From positions 39,221,912 through 39,274,609 of the forward strand of contig NC_068988.1 of NCBI RefSeq assembly GCF_001194135.2: DNA of 52,698 nt. The letters run 5' to 3'. This document shows, in pieces, positions 12,236 to 25,382 of this stretch. Position 1 is the first letter of the stretch. Every line of letters starts with the position of its first letter. The notes beneath the pieces were generated by a model. The model saw nothing but the letters and a program-made list of their open reading frames with translations. It did no database searches and was not told where the DNA came from. The DNA is from Octopus bimaculoides (taxonomy: Eukaryota). Position numbers and translations under genes: made by a program.

Positions 12236-12723
12236 ACAAAACAACTGGAGTGTGGAGTAAGAAAAACATTCGGTTGTCTACGTTTTTGTATAATTTAGCT
12301 AAACCACAACACACACATCAACACACATGAAGAGCTTCCTCACAGTTTCCGCCATCAAATTCACTTATAATACATTGAGCGACCCGAGACCAGAGTAGAA
12401 GTCACATGCCCAATGTGCCGCACACACACACGCACACACACACACACGCACATACACACACACATACACACAATGGTTGAAGGTAAGTCATGTACGTTTC
12501 GATTTCTTTTACTTCCTTGTTTTCATCTACTCCGTCTTTGTGTTCTATTTTTCGTAACCTTTGCTCCATATATATCTATATATATATATATATATGTATA
12601 CATATACATACTTAAACAGGCACATATATGTAGGTATGTATGTATGTATGTATGTATTATGTATGTATGTTTCTCTATTTATGGGAGGTCTCTCAGTATT
12701 AACACTGTCTAGCATTTTTATAC

Positions 12724-12794
<71 letters not shown>

Positions 12795-13783
12795 TTCAGG
12801 GCTACTTCACAATATAAATAAAAAATAAATAAATAAAACAATAACAGTCAAACAAGAATGTCGTAGGAGATTATTTGTGAAATAAGAGAAGTTATTTATT
12901 TTTTTCAACCTCTGTTTTTCAATGGCAATGAAAATAATAAAAAAAAATCTTCAGGAATTTTTGCTAATGGGCTATGAGTCCATCTTTTGTTCTGCTAATT
13001 AATCTGCAACACATGTAGTTTTTTATAAAATACATTCCTGGAGATGTATTTTAATAAATTACGAAATACGATTCCTTTGTGACTTCAAAAATAAATGAGT
13101 CTTCTTCTGAAATGAGTCAGACAACCTACTTTTGCACTTTCACTGCTGTGGTGTCTATACATAGAAATAACTAATAATGCTGTTTTAATGCTTGACGACC
13201 TCCAATAAGGCGGAAGTAGCGTTAGTCTGTTCTAATACTTCATCAGTTACTCTATTTTCTATAGAATCTTTTCGGCAGCAAATGGTATGCACTACGGGAA
13301 ACTATCACCCTCCCTCCTTCTCTACACACATACTTAAACACACATACACACTCAAACACACACACACACACACACNNNNNNNNNNNNNNNNNNNNNNNNN
13401 NNNNNNNNNNNNNNNNNNNNNNNNNNNNNNNNNNNNNNNNNNNNNNNNNNNNNNNNNNNNNNNNNNNNNNNNNNNNNNNNNNNNNNNNNNNNNNNNNNNN
13501 NNNNNNNNNNNNNNNNNNNNNNNNNNNNNNNNNNNNNNNNNNNNNNNNNNNNNNNNNNNNNNNNNNNNNNNNNNNNNNNNNNNNNNNNNNNNNNNNNNNN
13601 NNNNNNNNNNNNNNNNNNNNNNNNNNNNNNNNNNNNNNNNNNNNNNNNNNNNNNNNNNNNNNNGAACTCAGAACATAAAAACGGACGAAATGTCGGGAGG
13701 CATTTTGCTTGGCGTGCTAAAGATTCTGCCTGCATGCCACATTAATCTTTTTCTGTCTCTCTCTTTCTCCCTTTCTTAGTCCT

Positions 13784-13858
<75 letters not shown>

Positions 13859-14198
13859 GTCTATCAAAATATATAGTAATATAAGTTATGCATAAATAAA
13901 TGCAGACGAACGCACTTACACACACACACACACACATTCTAAACATTTTTCAAATAATGACTATCAATATTCTCCATTTCCAGTTACATCCACTCTATTT
14001 CCGTTTACCAATGGGTTATGATAAAGTTTGCAAATCATAAATAATTGAAAATGACCGAAATCCATGGGCGTATTTCTTCTTTTTTAAAAAAAAAATTTCT
14101 GCAGCACAGGACAGTAAAAGTGGATGGAATACAATACAAACAAGGTCCAACTATCATTGCTGTTTGCATTACTATAATGATGAAAACAACGTTAGATG

Positions 14199-14294
<96 letters not shown>

Positions 14295-14414
14295 TATATA
14301 TATACATATATATCTATATATATATAAAACTTGGAAAAAGATGCGTGGCGTTCGATCATGTAATAATACAAATAATATATAAATATATGTATATATATAC
14401 ATGCATATATAAAT

Positions 14415-14453
<39 letters not shown>

Positions 14454-14693
14454 NNNNNNNNNNNNNNNNNNNNNNNNNNNNNNNNNNNNNNNNNNNNNNN
14501 NNNNNNNNNNNNNNNNNNNNNNNNNNNNNNNNNNNNNNNNNNNNNNNNNNNNNNNNNNNNNNNNNNNNNNNNNNNNNNNNNNNNNNNNNNNNNNNNNNNN
14601 NNNNNNNNNNNNNNNNNNNNNNNNNNNNNNNNNNNNNNNNNNNNNNNNNNNNNNNNNNNNNNNNNNNNNNNNNNNNNNNNNNNNNNNNNNNNN

Positions 14694-14725
<32 letters not shown>

Positions 14726-15207
14726 TATTACCAGCCATTCGATCAGTACATTTGCGTATCTGAAAATGATATTTCTGTTCTCTTTGGATTGACTAGCTAC
14801 AGATTATAGATTCTACTGAATCGGAGGATATCTGGGAAAATACGTCGCAGCTTACATAAAGTCTAAGGATATGCAAAGATTTGAAGTCAGATAACATCCA
14901 AGTGTGCAGAGATGCAGAATCCGAAGTTTTCCTTCAGAGATTCAAAGAGAAGTCTTTCGTTTTACTTTGATAAGTCGGATTATTGTCCCTTTTGCGTGTC
15001 ACTGTTATGAACTCTCGACAGATAGCATCTTATATGAAATATCGGTTTCAGGTGTCATAGATCTGTTTAGACAAAGCTATTATTCTCCTTTAGGGTAGAA
15101 TCAACCAATTTTCTCTTTCTTGTTTCTCTTTGTCTTTTTTCTTTCATTCTTTGTTTGAATCAATCTTTCAGTTTTCCTTCGTTTCGTTTCTTATGTATAC
15201 ATACATA

Positions 15208-15671
15208 GACGCAGGCGTGGCTGTGTGGTAAGAAGCCCGCTTCTCAACGACATCATTCTGGGTTCAGTCCCACTGCGTGGCAACTTGGGCAAATGTCTCG
15301 CACTATAGCCTCGGGCCGACCAAATGCTCGTGAGTGGATTTGGTAGAAAGAAACAGAAAGAAGCCTGTGGTATATACATATGTATGTGTGTACGTGTGTG
15401 TGTGTGTGCGTGTCTGTATTTGTCACACACACACACACACACACAAACACACATACATATATATATATATGTATACATGTGTATATTTGTGTGTGTGTCT
15501 GTGTTTGTCCACCTACCATCGCTTGACAGCCCGTAACTTGGCGCTTCGGTAAAAGAGCCCAATAGAATAAGTACTAAACTTACAAAGAAGTCCTGGGGGC
15601 AATTTGTTTGAATAAAGGCAGTGCTCCAGCATGACCATAGTCAAAGGTAAAAGAATAAAAGAGAAAAGAAT
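15208..15671 (+). mobile_element. SINE family A, near full-length copy
   Basis: Same head, internal microsatellite, body and tail as 3395-3846. Confidence 0.88.
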
Positions 15672-16676
15672 ACATACGTATATATATATATACATACATA
15701 CATACATACATATATATNNNNNNNNNNNNNNNNNNNNNNNNNNNNNNNNNNNNNNNNNNNNNNNNNNNNNNNNNNNNNNNNNNNNNNNNNNNNNNNNNNN
15801 NNNNNNNNNNNNNNNNNNNNNNNNNNNNNNNNNNNNNNNNNNNNNNNNNNNNNNNNNNNNNNNNNNNNNNNNNNNNNNNNNNNNNNNNNNNNNNNNNNNN
15901 NNNNNNNNNNNNNNNNNNNNNNNNNNNNNNNNNNNNNNNNNNNNNNNNNNNNNNNNNNNNNNNNNNNNNNNNNNNNNNNNNNNNNNNNNNNNNNNNNNNN
16001 NNNNNNNNNNNNNNNNNNNNNNNNNNNNNNNNNNNNNNNNNNNNNNNNNNNNNNNNNNNNNNNNNNNNNNNNNNNNNNNNNNNNNNNNNNNNNNNNNNNN
16101 NNNNNNNNNNNNNNNNNNNNNNNNNNNNNNNNNNNNNNNNNNNNNNNNNNNNNNNNNNNNNNNNNNNNNNNNNNNNNNNNNNNNNNNNNNNNNNNNNNNN
16201 NNNNNNNNNNNNNNNNNNNNNNNNNNNNNNNNNNNNNNNNNNNNNNNNNNNNNNNNNNNNNNNNNNNNNNNNNNNNNNNNNNNNNNNNNNNNNNNNNNNN
16301 NNNNNNNNNNNNNNNNNNNNNNNNNNNNNNNNNNNNNNNNNNNNNNNNNNNNNNNNNNNNNNNNNNNNNNNNNNNNNNNNNNNNNNNNNNNNNNNNNNNN
16401 NNNNNNNNNNNNNNNNNNNNNNNNNNNNNNNNNNNNNNNNNNNNNNNNNNNNNNNNNNNNNNNNNNNNNNNNNNNNNNNNNNNNNNNNNNNNNNNNNNNN
16501 NNNNNNNNNNNNNNNNNNNNNNNNNNNNNNNNNNNNNNNNNNNNNNNNNNNNNNNNNNNNNNNNNNNNNNNNNNNNNNNNNNNNNNNNNNNNNNNNNNNN
16601 NNNNNNNNNNNNNNNNNNNNNNNNNNNNNNNNNNNNNNNNNNNNNNNNNNNNNNNNNNNNNNNNNNNNNNNNNNNN

Positions 16677-16716
<40 letters not shown>

Positions 16717-17323
16717 TTGTGTTTGTCCCCTACCACCACTTGACAAATGTGGTTTGTTTACTTCCTTGCTATTTAATAGTTCAGCAAAAAGAAAACGTTA
16801 TCATCAGTACTAAATCGAATTGCTCCCACTAGATCCGTCAATGCGTTGCTCCAGCACGGCCGCAGACCAGTGGCCAAAACAACTAAAAGATAAAAATAAC
16901 TAAATCGCGTACACTTTCTTGTAGTCATAGCGACGACTTTGACAACAATGATTAAGACAACGATGACGATGATGATGTTGATGACGTCGACGATGGTTGC
17001 CGTGGTGGTAGTGGTGGTTGTAGTAATGAAAGAGATAGTGAAGATAGCCGTGATGACGAAGCCAATGATGACATTAGTAGTCTTTAAGCGGTGAAGTTTG
17101 AAAACATGGACACTATTAGGGACGTCTTTGTCTCTTTGATGCTGCGTATACATCTGTACGTGTAGTTCATCTGGGTGATTGTGTGTGTCCTTGCGCATGA
17201 GTCTTTGCTTGTGCGCTCGCGCATGTGTGTGCGCGCGCGCACTTGTCTGTGTGTGTGTGTGTACTTGAACGTATGTGCGAGTCTATGTATATACGTGTGA
17301 GAATGTACGTATGTATTCTTCTA

Positions 17324-17548
17324 TCCTTTTACTTGCTTCAATCACTAGACTGCAGCCATGCTGGGGCATACCTTGAACTTTTAGTCAAATAAATTAACAT
17401 CAGTTCTTTTTTGTTTTAAAGAAAACGTTGTACTTATTCTATCGGTCCATTTTGCCGAACTGATATATTACAAGGACACAAACACACCAACACCAGTTGT
17501 CAAGCAGTGGTGGTTGTGGGGAGCAAACAGACCCAAAGACACACAGAC
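17324..17548 (-). mobile_element. SINE family A, 3' half
   Basis: Reverse complement of the body and tail (gactgcagccatgctgg...tacttattctatcggt...ttgtcaagc). Confidence 0.8.
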
Positions 17549-17716
17549 GTATATTAATTCACGGCAGCTTTCGACCTAATTTTGGGACTGCCATGTTGGC
17601 TTGGCGATGACTATTAATTTCCAGTACCGCTGCCGTAGTCTCCTTTAGAGAGACTTAGAAATATCAATAACTCTATTTCTGAAAACCAGTGGATAGATTC
17701 CACTGAAATTAGATAA

Positions 17717-17858
17717 ATAACCTTCGAACAGATAGTCAGCAGCGCCGCCTGGCTGGGGCTTGGCTGCTCTGCATTGACAAGGGGCAACACCCTGAAACTA
17801 GTCTGCAGATGCCAAACCAGCAGGGGGACACTGCTGACCTCCCCTGTTCGAAGGTTAT
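17717..17858. repeat. GC-rich inverted-repeat element (MITE or fold-back-like)
   Basis: ataaccttcgaacag (17717-17731) / ctgttcgaaggttat (17844-17858) form a perfect 15-bp inverted repeat, with an inner gtcagcag / ctgctgac pair. Confidence 0.55.
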
Positions 17859-19195
17859 AAAGGACACAGGTTTCGTGTGTCACATGNNNNNNNNNNNNNN
17901 NNNNNNNNNNNNNNNNNNNNNNNNNNNNNNNNNNNNNNNNNNNNNNNNNNNNNNNNNNNNNNNNNNNNNNNNNNNNNNNNNNNNNNNNNNNNNNNNNNNN
18001 NNNNNNNNNNNNNNNNNNNNNNNNNNNNNNNNNNNNNNNNNNNNNNNNNNNNNNNNNNNNNNNNNNNNNNNNNNNNNNNNNNNNNNNNNNNNNNNNNNNN
18101 NNNNNNNNNNNNNNNNNNNNNNNNNNNNNNNNNNNNNNNNNNNNNNNNNNNNNNNNNNNNNNNNNNNNNNNNNNNNNNNNNNNNNNNNNNNNNNNNNNNN
18201 NNNNNNNNNNNNNNNNNNNNNNNNNNNNNNNNNNNNNNNNNNNNNNNNNNNNNNNNNNNNNNNNNNNNNNNNNNNNNNNNNNNNNNNNNNNNNNNNNNNN
18301 NNNNNNNNNNNNNNNNNNNNNNNNNNNNNNNNNNNNNNNNNNNNNNNNNNNNNNNNNNNNNNNNNNNNNNNNNNNNNNNNNNNNNNNNNNNNNNNNNNNN
18401 NNNNNNNNNNNNNNNNNNNNNNNNNNNNNNNNNNNNNNNNNNNNNNNNNNNNNNNNNNNNNNNNNNNNNNNNNNNNNNNNNNNNNNNNNNNNNNNNNNNN
18501 NNNNNNNNNNNNNNNNNNNNNNNNNNNNNNNNNNNNNNNNNNNNNNNNNNNNNNNNNNNNNNNNNNNNNNNNNNNNNNNNNNNNNNNNNNNNNNNATGTG
18601 GTTGTGTCTGTCTGTGTCTGTCTGTCTGTGTCTGTCTGTCTGTGTCTGTCTGTCTGTGTCTGTCTGTCTGTCTCTTTCTCTCTCTCTCTCTTTGTTTCGT
18701 TTTGCGTGCCTCTGTGTGCATATCTGCTTCATTTGCGAATATCCGCGCATATGTGTTTATATTCGCGCATGTATGTGTAATGCGTGCGGTATATATCTTT
18801 AATGTATTGTATGTGCGGATGTATATGTCTATATATTTGTGTGCATGTGTGTATAGATGTTTGTGTATATTTGTGTACGTATGTTGTGGATATATGTTTA
18901 TTTGTGTATGTGAAAGTGTGTTTGTGTGTAGAGATGTATATGTGTCTTCTGAAGTGTTTGTGTATGTGTGAGCGTGCGTACATGTGTTTGTGTATTAGTG
19001 TGTGTGTGTGTGTTTGAGTGTGTCTTGGTAAGTACATGAGTACGCAGAGGTTTTTGAACAATCATTTAGAATACAAGAAGAAATTGGCAAAAAAAGGCCT
19101 AAAATTCATTTCCCAAAATAATAATAATAAAATAATTAAAAAATGATGATAAAACAGTATTTCAAAACAATTGTTGATGTCCTTGCATTGATAAA

Positions 19196-19278
19196 GATGA
19201 TGATGATGATGGTGATGATGATGATAATGTTGATGATGTTGATGATGATGATGATGATGATGATGATGCTGATAATAT

Positions 19279-19315
<37 letters not shown>

Positions 19316-19316
19316 A

Positions 19317-19352
<36 letters not shown>

Positions 19353-19482
19353 CTGATGATGTTGATGATGATGATGATGATGATGATGCTGATGATGTTG
19401 ATGATGATGATGATGATGATGATGCTGATAATGTTGATGATGATGATGATGATGATGATGCTGATAATGTTGATGATGATGT

Positions 19483-19513
<31 letters not shown>
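19196..19513. repeat. Imperfect (GAT)n trinucleotide microsatellite of ~320 bp
   Basis: Direct; it is the source of the poly-Met and poly-Ile ORFs in the track. Confidence 0.95.
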
Positions 19514-19778
19514 AACGGTGGTGGCAGTCGTAGCAGAGACGATAAAAATGGTGTTCGTGGCAGTGGTACTACTGCTGGTTATGGCTTTCAGTTGCGGAAG
19601 CGGTGGCGGTGGTTGTGGTGAATGCGGCGGCGGTGGACTTTGGTGATGCTCATTATTCTTGTTCAATACCCTGGTCATCCCTGATTAAGAAATACGAATA
19701 AAGGCATTTCATCCATTACCCCTACCCCTATTTTCATATCTATTTCTCTACATTAGCCATTTTTTTTGTCAATATACA

Positions 19779-20020
19779 GGCGCAGAAGTGGCTGTGTGGT
19801 AAGTACCTTGCTTACCAGCCACATGGTTGAGGGTTCATTCCCACTGGAGCACCGCCTTTAGTCGAGCAAATCGATCCCAAGACTTATTCTTTGTAGGCCT
19901 AGTACTTCTTCTATCGGTCTCTTTTGCCGAACCGCTAAGTTACGGGGACGTAAACACACCAGCATCGGTTGTCGAGCGATGTTGGGGTGGGGGCGACAAA
20001 CACAGACACACAAACATATG
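19779..20020. mobile_element. Chimeric SINE A: + strand head fused to a - strand 3' half
   Basis: The head runs to ...ttcccaCTG, then continues CTGgagcaccgcctttagtcg (reverse complement of the body); 3-nt microhomology at 19844-19846. Confidence 0.8.
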
Positions 20021-20959
20021 CACACACACACACACACACACACACACAGATAAGTATTTCTGTAATTTGGAGCTTTGCCTGTAACATGTACCCCCAATGG
20101 TATTCGCATGCTATGGCAAAATCTATCGACATTGAAATAGAAAAAAAGGTGATTGAGAAATATGCTACTGATGTATTTTTGTGTTACTTAACGCAGTGCA
20201 CCCATAGAAAATGTTAATCTTCGGGCGAATACCGCAGTTAATTTGGCTTTCAGCCATATATTTGCATCAAGTACAATAAACAGATTGATGTTTTAAACTA
20301 ATATTACTTTTGTGGCACATAATGAATGTTTTATCCATCTGCTCAGCTAACTGCGACATCAGTGATTTTTCAGTTATCGTTTTACTATATCAGTAACGGC
20401 CGATTTTGTCTTATATGGACGCCAGTGAATTCTTAGTATTGACGAAGCTCAAAGAAGTAGAAAAATACATTTGGTAATGCCACCCACAACTGCTCGACGA
20501 TTTTTTGTCTGCTACAGATATATCTGCTTTTTAAGACAATACCTCTATAAGAGATGGAATCTCGAGTCGAATGCGTTGTTGGTTAGGTTTTTAACGATGT
20601 ATCTGTATTTAGTATGAGCAAAGATTGCTATAAAAACCTAAATTGGAGGAGTAATGTGAGTAGGAAAAAAATGAGAGTGGTTGAAATACAAAGCGAAATT
20701 GAAGAAAACAAAACCCATGATATTTAATTTCGAACAACTATCTAGTCTACAAGATGGAGACGCCAGCTAGGAGCGTGCAGACAATTAAAACAGCAGCAAC
20801 GACATCGACATATAAACGACTAAAACTGCAATCTCTATGGAACAGAATAGGGGAAGTAATAAAACGTCGGAACTGATAACAAACGTATGGTTTCTGTCTT
20901 TCGTTTAAAACATAAACGTTTTATTTTGTAAGTGGCGCATAAGAAATCTTTCAGAATCT

Positions 20960-21131
20960 TGTGTGTATATGTTCGTGTGTGTGTGTGAGTGTTCGTTCAT
21001 ACGTGTGTGCGCGTGCTTGCGTGGGCGCGTGTGTGTGCTCGTGCGTGTGTGTGCTCGTGGGTGTGTGTGTTCGTGCGTGTGTGTGTTCGTGCGTGTGTGT
21101 TCTCGTGCGTGTGTGCTCGTGCGTCTGTGTG

Positions 21132-21170
<39 letters not shown>
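20960..21170. repeat. Degenerate GT-rich minisatellite (gtgtgtgctc/gttc-gtgc units)
   Basis: Direct. Confidence 0.85.
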
Positions 21171-21290
21171 AAGCTAAGTGACATAGATGTACGTTAGATA
21201 GAATATCGCAGTGTTGTTTCGACTCACTGCGTTTTTGTGTTCATATCCCGCTCATCGCATATTTTGGGGTTTAAAATCTAAAGCATTGTT

Positions 21291-21342
<52 letters not shown>

Positions 21343-22135
21343 GGCGCAGGAGTGACTGTGTGGTAAGTAGCTCCGGACTCAGTCCCACTGCGTGGCACCT
21401 TGAGCAAGTGTCTTCTCCTATAGCCTCGGGCCGACTAAAGCCCTGTGAGTGGATTTGGTAGACGGAAACTAAAAGAAACCCGTAGTATGTATATGTACCT
21501 GTTTGTGTATCTGTGTTTGTCCCCCACACACCGTCGCTTGACAAACGATTTTGGTGTGTTTACGTAACTTGAACAAAAGAGACTGATAGAATAAGTACTA
21601 GGCTTTAAGTCTTGGGGGTCGATTTGTTCGACTAAAGGCGGTGCTCCAGCATAGCCGCAGTTAANNNNNNNNNNNNNNNNNNNNNNNNNNNNNNNNNNNN
21701 NNNNNNNNNNNNNNNNNNNNNNNNNNNNNNNNNNNNNNNNNNNNNNNNNNNNNNNNNNNNNNNNNNNNNNNNNNNNNNNNNNNNNNNNNNNNNNNNNNNN
21801 NNNNNNNNNNNNNNNNNNNNNNNNNNNNNNNNNNNNNNNNNNNNNNNNNNNNNNNNNNNNNNNNNNNNNNNNNNNNNNNNNNNNNNNNNNNNNNNNNNNN
21901 NNNNNNNNNNNNNNNNNNNNNNNNNNNNNNNNNNNNNNNNNNNNNNNNNNNNNNNNNNNNNNNNNNNNNNNNNNNNNNNNNNNNNNNNNNNNNNNNNNNN
22001 NNNNNNNNNNNNNNNNNNNNNNNNNNNNNNNNNNNNNNNNNNNNNNNNNNNNNNNNNNNNNNNNNNNAAAGGTGGTGCTCCAGCATGGCCGCAGTCAAAT
22101 GACTGAATCAAATAAAATAAAATAAAATAAAAATT
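21343..22135 (+). mobile_element. SINE family A copy with internal deletions, interrupted by a gap
   Basis: Head at 21343, body to 21664, and tail sequence again after the gap (22068-22135). Confidence 0.8.
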
Positions 22136-22989
22136 ATATTCATACACATGTACGTTTGCGGAGATAAACATATGTATGATATATACAAGTTAGAATATAT
22201 TGAGACTGTTTATGACTGTCTGTAACACTTACCACTAGACTAAAGAAGCATAAAAAAAAAGTAATTGATAAAATGATCCAGTGAAACTATTTTTCAGAAA
22301 CTGTTCTCGTTCGCAGCCTTTCTGCAAACATTCCATCTTCTGCTTGTCCCCCCGATCCCCTTCTATTCTTTTGTGTGTCAATTTTCCCTATCTGATAGCA
22401 TATATAAAGTGCTTGTCCAAGTCAGTTAAGTAGAGTCGCATGCCATATCTACGTTGATGAATATTATTAACATCTTTTCCAACAAAAGAAAAGAAAAGCA
22501 AAAAAAAAAAATAGCGTTTCGTGTAAAAGTTGCACTTCTCTGACGCTTTGATACTAAGTTCTGATTTTCGAATTCACATTATGTAGCTAATGATCATCTT
22601 ATGTTAATGAAATGTACGTAAGATGGTGTAACTAAATATCTTATACACAATCTCCCTTGTTTGTTGTTTCCTTCATATAAGTATGATGTATATATATATG
22701 TATATATATATTATTGCCTGGGGAGAGTCATTCTGTTTTAATGCCTTATTAATTAACACACCGGTTCGTTTACCACTCATTTTTATTTATTCTTGCAACC
22801 TTTACAGCAGTCGTTGACAATATCCGTTATCGGAGCTGCGTTCATTTGATTTGTTTGTTCCTGTCCATGTGTATGCGTCAGCGTGCATGTGCATACACAG
22901 ATGTATGTATGTATGTATGTATGTATGTATGTATGCATGCGTGTATGTATGCGTGTGTGTTTGTATGTATGCATATATATATATATATG

Positions 22990-23033
<44 letters not shown>

Positions 23034-24029
23034 NNNNNNNNNNNNNNNNNNNNNNNNNNNNNNNNNNNNNNNNNNNNNNNNNNNNNNNNNNNNNNNNNNN
23101 NNNNNNNNNNNNNNNNNNNNNNNNNNNNNNNNNNNNNNNNNNNNNNNNNNNNNNNNNNNNNNNNNNNNNNNNNNNNNNNNNNNNNNNNNNNNNNNNNNNN
23201 NNNNNNNNNNNNNNNNNNNNNNNNNNNNNNNNNNNNNNNNNNNNNNNNNNNNNNNNNNNNNNNNNNNNNNNNNNNNNNNNNNNNNNNNNNNNNNNNNNNN
23301 NNNNNNNNNNNNNNNNNNNNNNNNNNNNNNNNNNNNNNNNNNNNNNNNNNNNNNNNNNNNNNNNNNNNNNNNNNNNNNNNNNNNNNNNNNNNNNNNNNNN
23401 NNNNNNNNNNNNNNNNNNNNNNNNNNNNNNNNNNNNNNNNNNNNNNNNNNNNNNNNNNNNNNNNNNNNNNNNNNNNNNNNNNNNNNNNNNNNNNNNNNNN
23501 NNNNNNNNNNNNNNNNNNNNNNNNNNNNNNNNNNNNNNNNNNNNNNNNNNNNNNNNNNNNNNNNNNNNNNNNNNNNNNNNNNNNNNNNNNNNNNNNNNNN
23601 NNNNNNNNNNNNNNNNNNNNNNNNNNNNNNNNNNNNNNNNNNNNNNNNNNNNNNNNNNNNNNNNNNNNNNNNNNNNNNNNNNNNNNNNNNNNNNNNNNNN
23701 NNNNNNNNNNNNNNNNNNNNNNNNNNNNNNNNNNNNNNNNNNNNNNNNNNNNNNNNNNNNNNNNNNNNNNNNNNNNNNNNNNNNNNNNNNNNNNNNNNNN
23801 NNNNNNNNNNNNNNNNNNNNNNNNNNNNNNNNNNNNNNNNNNNNNNNNNNNNNNNNNNNNNNNNNNNATATATATATATATATATATATACATACACACA
23901 CATACCTACATATACCTATACATACACACACACACATATATATATATATATTTGTATATATGTGTGTGTGTCTACATAACAGGCTACTAATAAATTTACC
24001 TGTGTATGTATAAACTGTAGGTACTGGGG

Positions 24030-24850
24030 TAACACTACCTTGTATGTATATCGCTTATTTATTGCTGGGGATGTTTCATTTATGAGGACGTACTCTTGTA
24101 TCTGTCTGAGTGTTGGGTCCTTCGGGTGGTTGGATAAAACGCAGATGTCAAGTCTACCCAGTGTGTTGGTCTTTGGCATGTTGGTTGAGTATGGTGGACT
24201 GTTCCTTTTGTCCTCCATGAGCTGTGGCCTCTACAATCATCACTCCTCCATATTTATCGGCTTTGTACCATGTGTTCACCCTGTTTGCTTTGTCACAAAC
24301 TCTATGTATCCTATTCCAGTCTTTACCTCTGTATTTAGGGTAGGTATCACACGTCTATCTAACGTCTTTCTAGCTCCCCTCTATACCCGAACAATATCTC
24401 TCTGGTCATACGCAGAGAATTGCATGCGGTGCATGAAGTTCTGAACATGTTTCTTTGTTTTATAAGATTCGCATGGGGGGGGGGGTGTTATTCATTATCC
24501 TAAGTCTGCTAACAAAATGTTGATCTTCATTTTGTGTGACAAAGCTGAGTTATTGTGAACAACATAATTAGAAGCTATAGGTTTCATGTAATAGGAGTGG
24601 AGGAGCTGCACTTTGTTGTTCATAGTCTCTAACAAAAGTTCAGTATCAAGGATAGGGAGTCTATTGTTAGGCTGCCTAGTGGGGTAATCTATTGTTACCT
24701 TTATACTTTGGTAGATGAAGTTAGCTTTATGTTGGATGCTTTCCATTACGCTCCTCTCGGTATCTATATTATAGTTACTAGAGTTTGTCCTAACTAGAAT
24801 ATTAATGTCATCTGCATACCTACAGTAAAACAAAACAGTTGTGGAAAGTT
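24030..24850 (-). mobile_element. Penelope-like retroelement relic: RT C-terminal part, thumb and GIY-YIG C-terminus; frameshifted and internally deleted
   Basis: YCRYADD (RT active site), RLPILDTEL, YMKPIAS..VVHNNSALSHKMKINIL, FMHRMQFSAY, WYKADKYGGVMIV, ILNQHAKDQHTG and DPTLRQIQEYVLINETSPAINKR occur in the order expected for PLE ORFs. Confidence 0.8.
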
Positions 24851-25124
24851 CAGCTAAAGATTAAGTTTTTTGTTCCACCTGGTCATGAACAGATCAGCCA
24901 CATCTCCAGCCACAGCANNNNNNNNNNATATATATATATATATATATATATACCATAAATACATGAAAACAAATTCTAGGTATTAGGCCTCTATTGAGCA
25001 GCTTAGGTCACACGGTATTCTTTTTTGAATTCTTTGGCCCATGTGCTCGGACACAATGCTGGTAGAATACTGACGACAATATATATGTTGCAGGAATACG
25101 CACATAGGCACGTATCTTTATATA

Positions 25125-25147
25125 TAACCCTAACCCTAACCCTAACC
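25125..25147. repeat. Short interstitial (TAACCC)n telomere-like repeat, ~4 units
   Basis: taaccctaaccctaaccctaacc. Confidence 0.7.
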
Positions 25148-25192
25148 TTATATATGCACACACATGTATGTATATACATACATATATCCTGT

Positions 25193-25382
25193 ATCTTTTA
25201 TATTTAAATTGTTTCAATCATTAGATTGCTGCCATGCTGGTGCACCGCCATGAAAAACTTTAGTCATATGAATCGACCTCAGTATGTAATTGCTTTGCTA
25301 AGCCTGGTACTTATTCTATCGCTCTCTTAAGCCGAACCGCTAGATTACGGCGACGTAATCAACGAAAACCGGTTTTCAAGCG
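25193..25382 (-). mobile_element. SINE family A, 3' half
   Basis: Reverse complement of the body (gccatgctggtgcaccgcc...tacttattctatcg...gccgaaccgct). Confidence 0.8.

Noticed and set aside
21640-22100. SINE tail sequence present on both sides of a 403-N gap
   Set aside because: Probably an overlap artefact or one copy; it cannot be resolved here.
25125-25147. Telomeric repeat near the PLE relic as evidence of telomere-associated retrotransposition
   Set aside because: Only about four units, ~270 bp away and across a gap; chance or slippage origin suffices.
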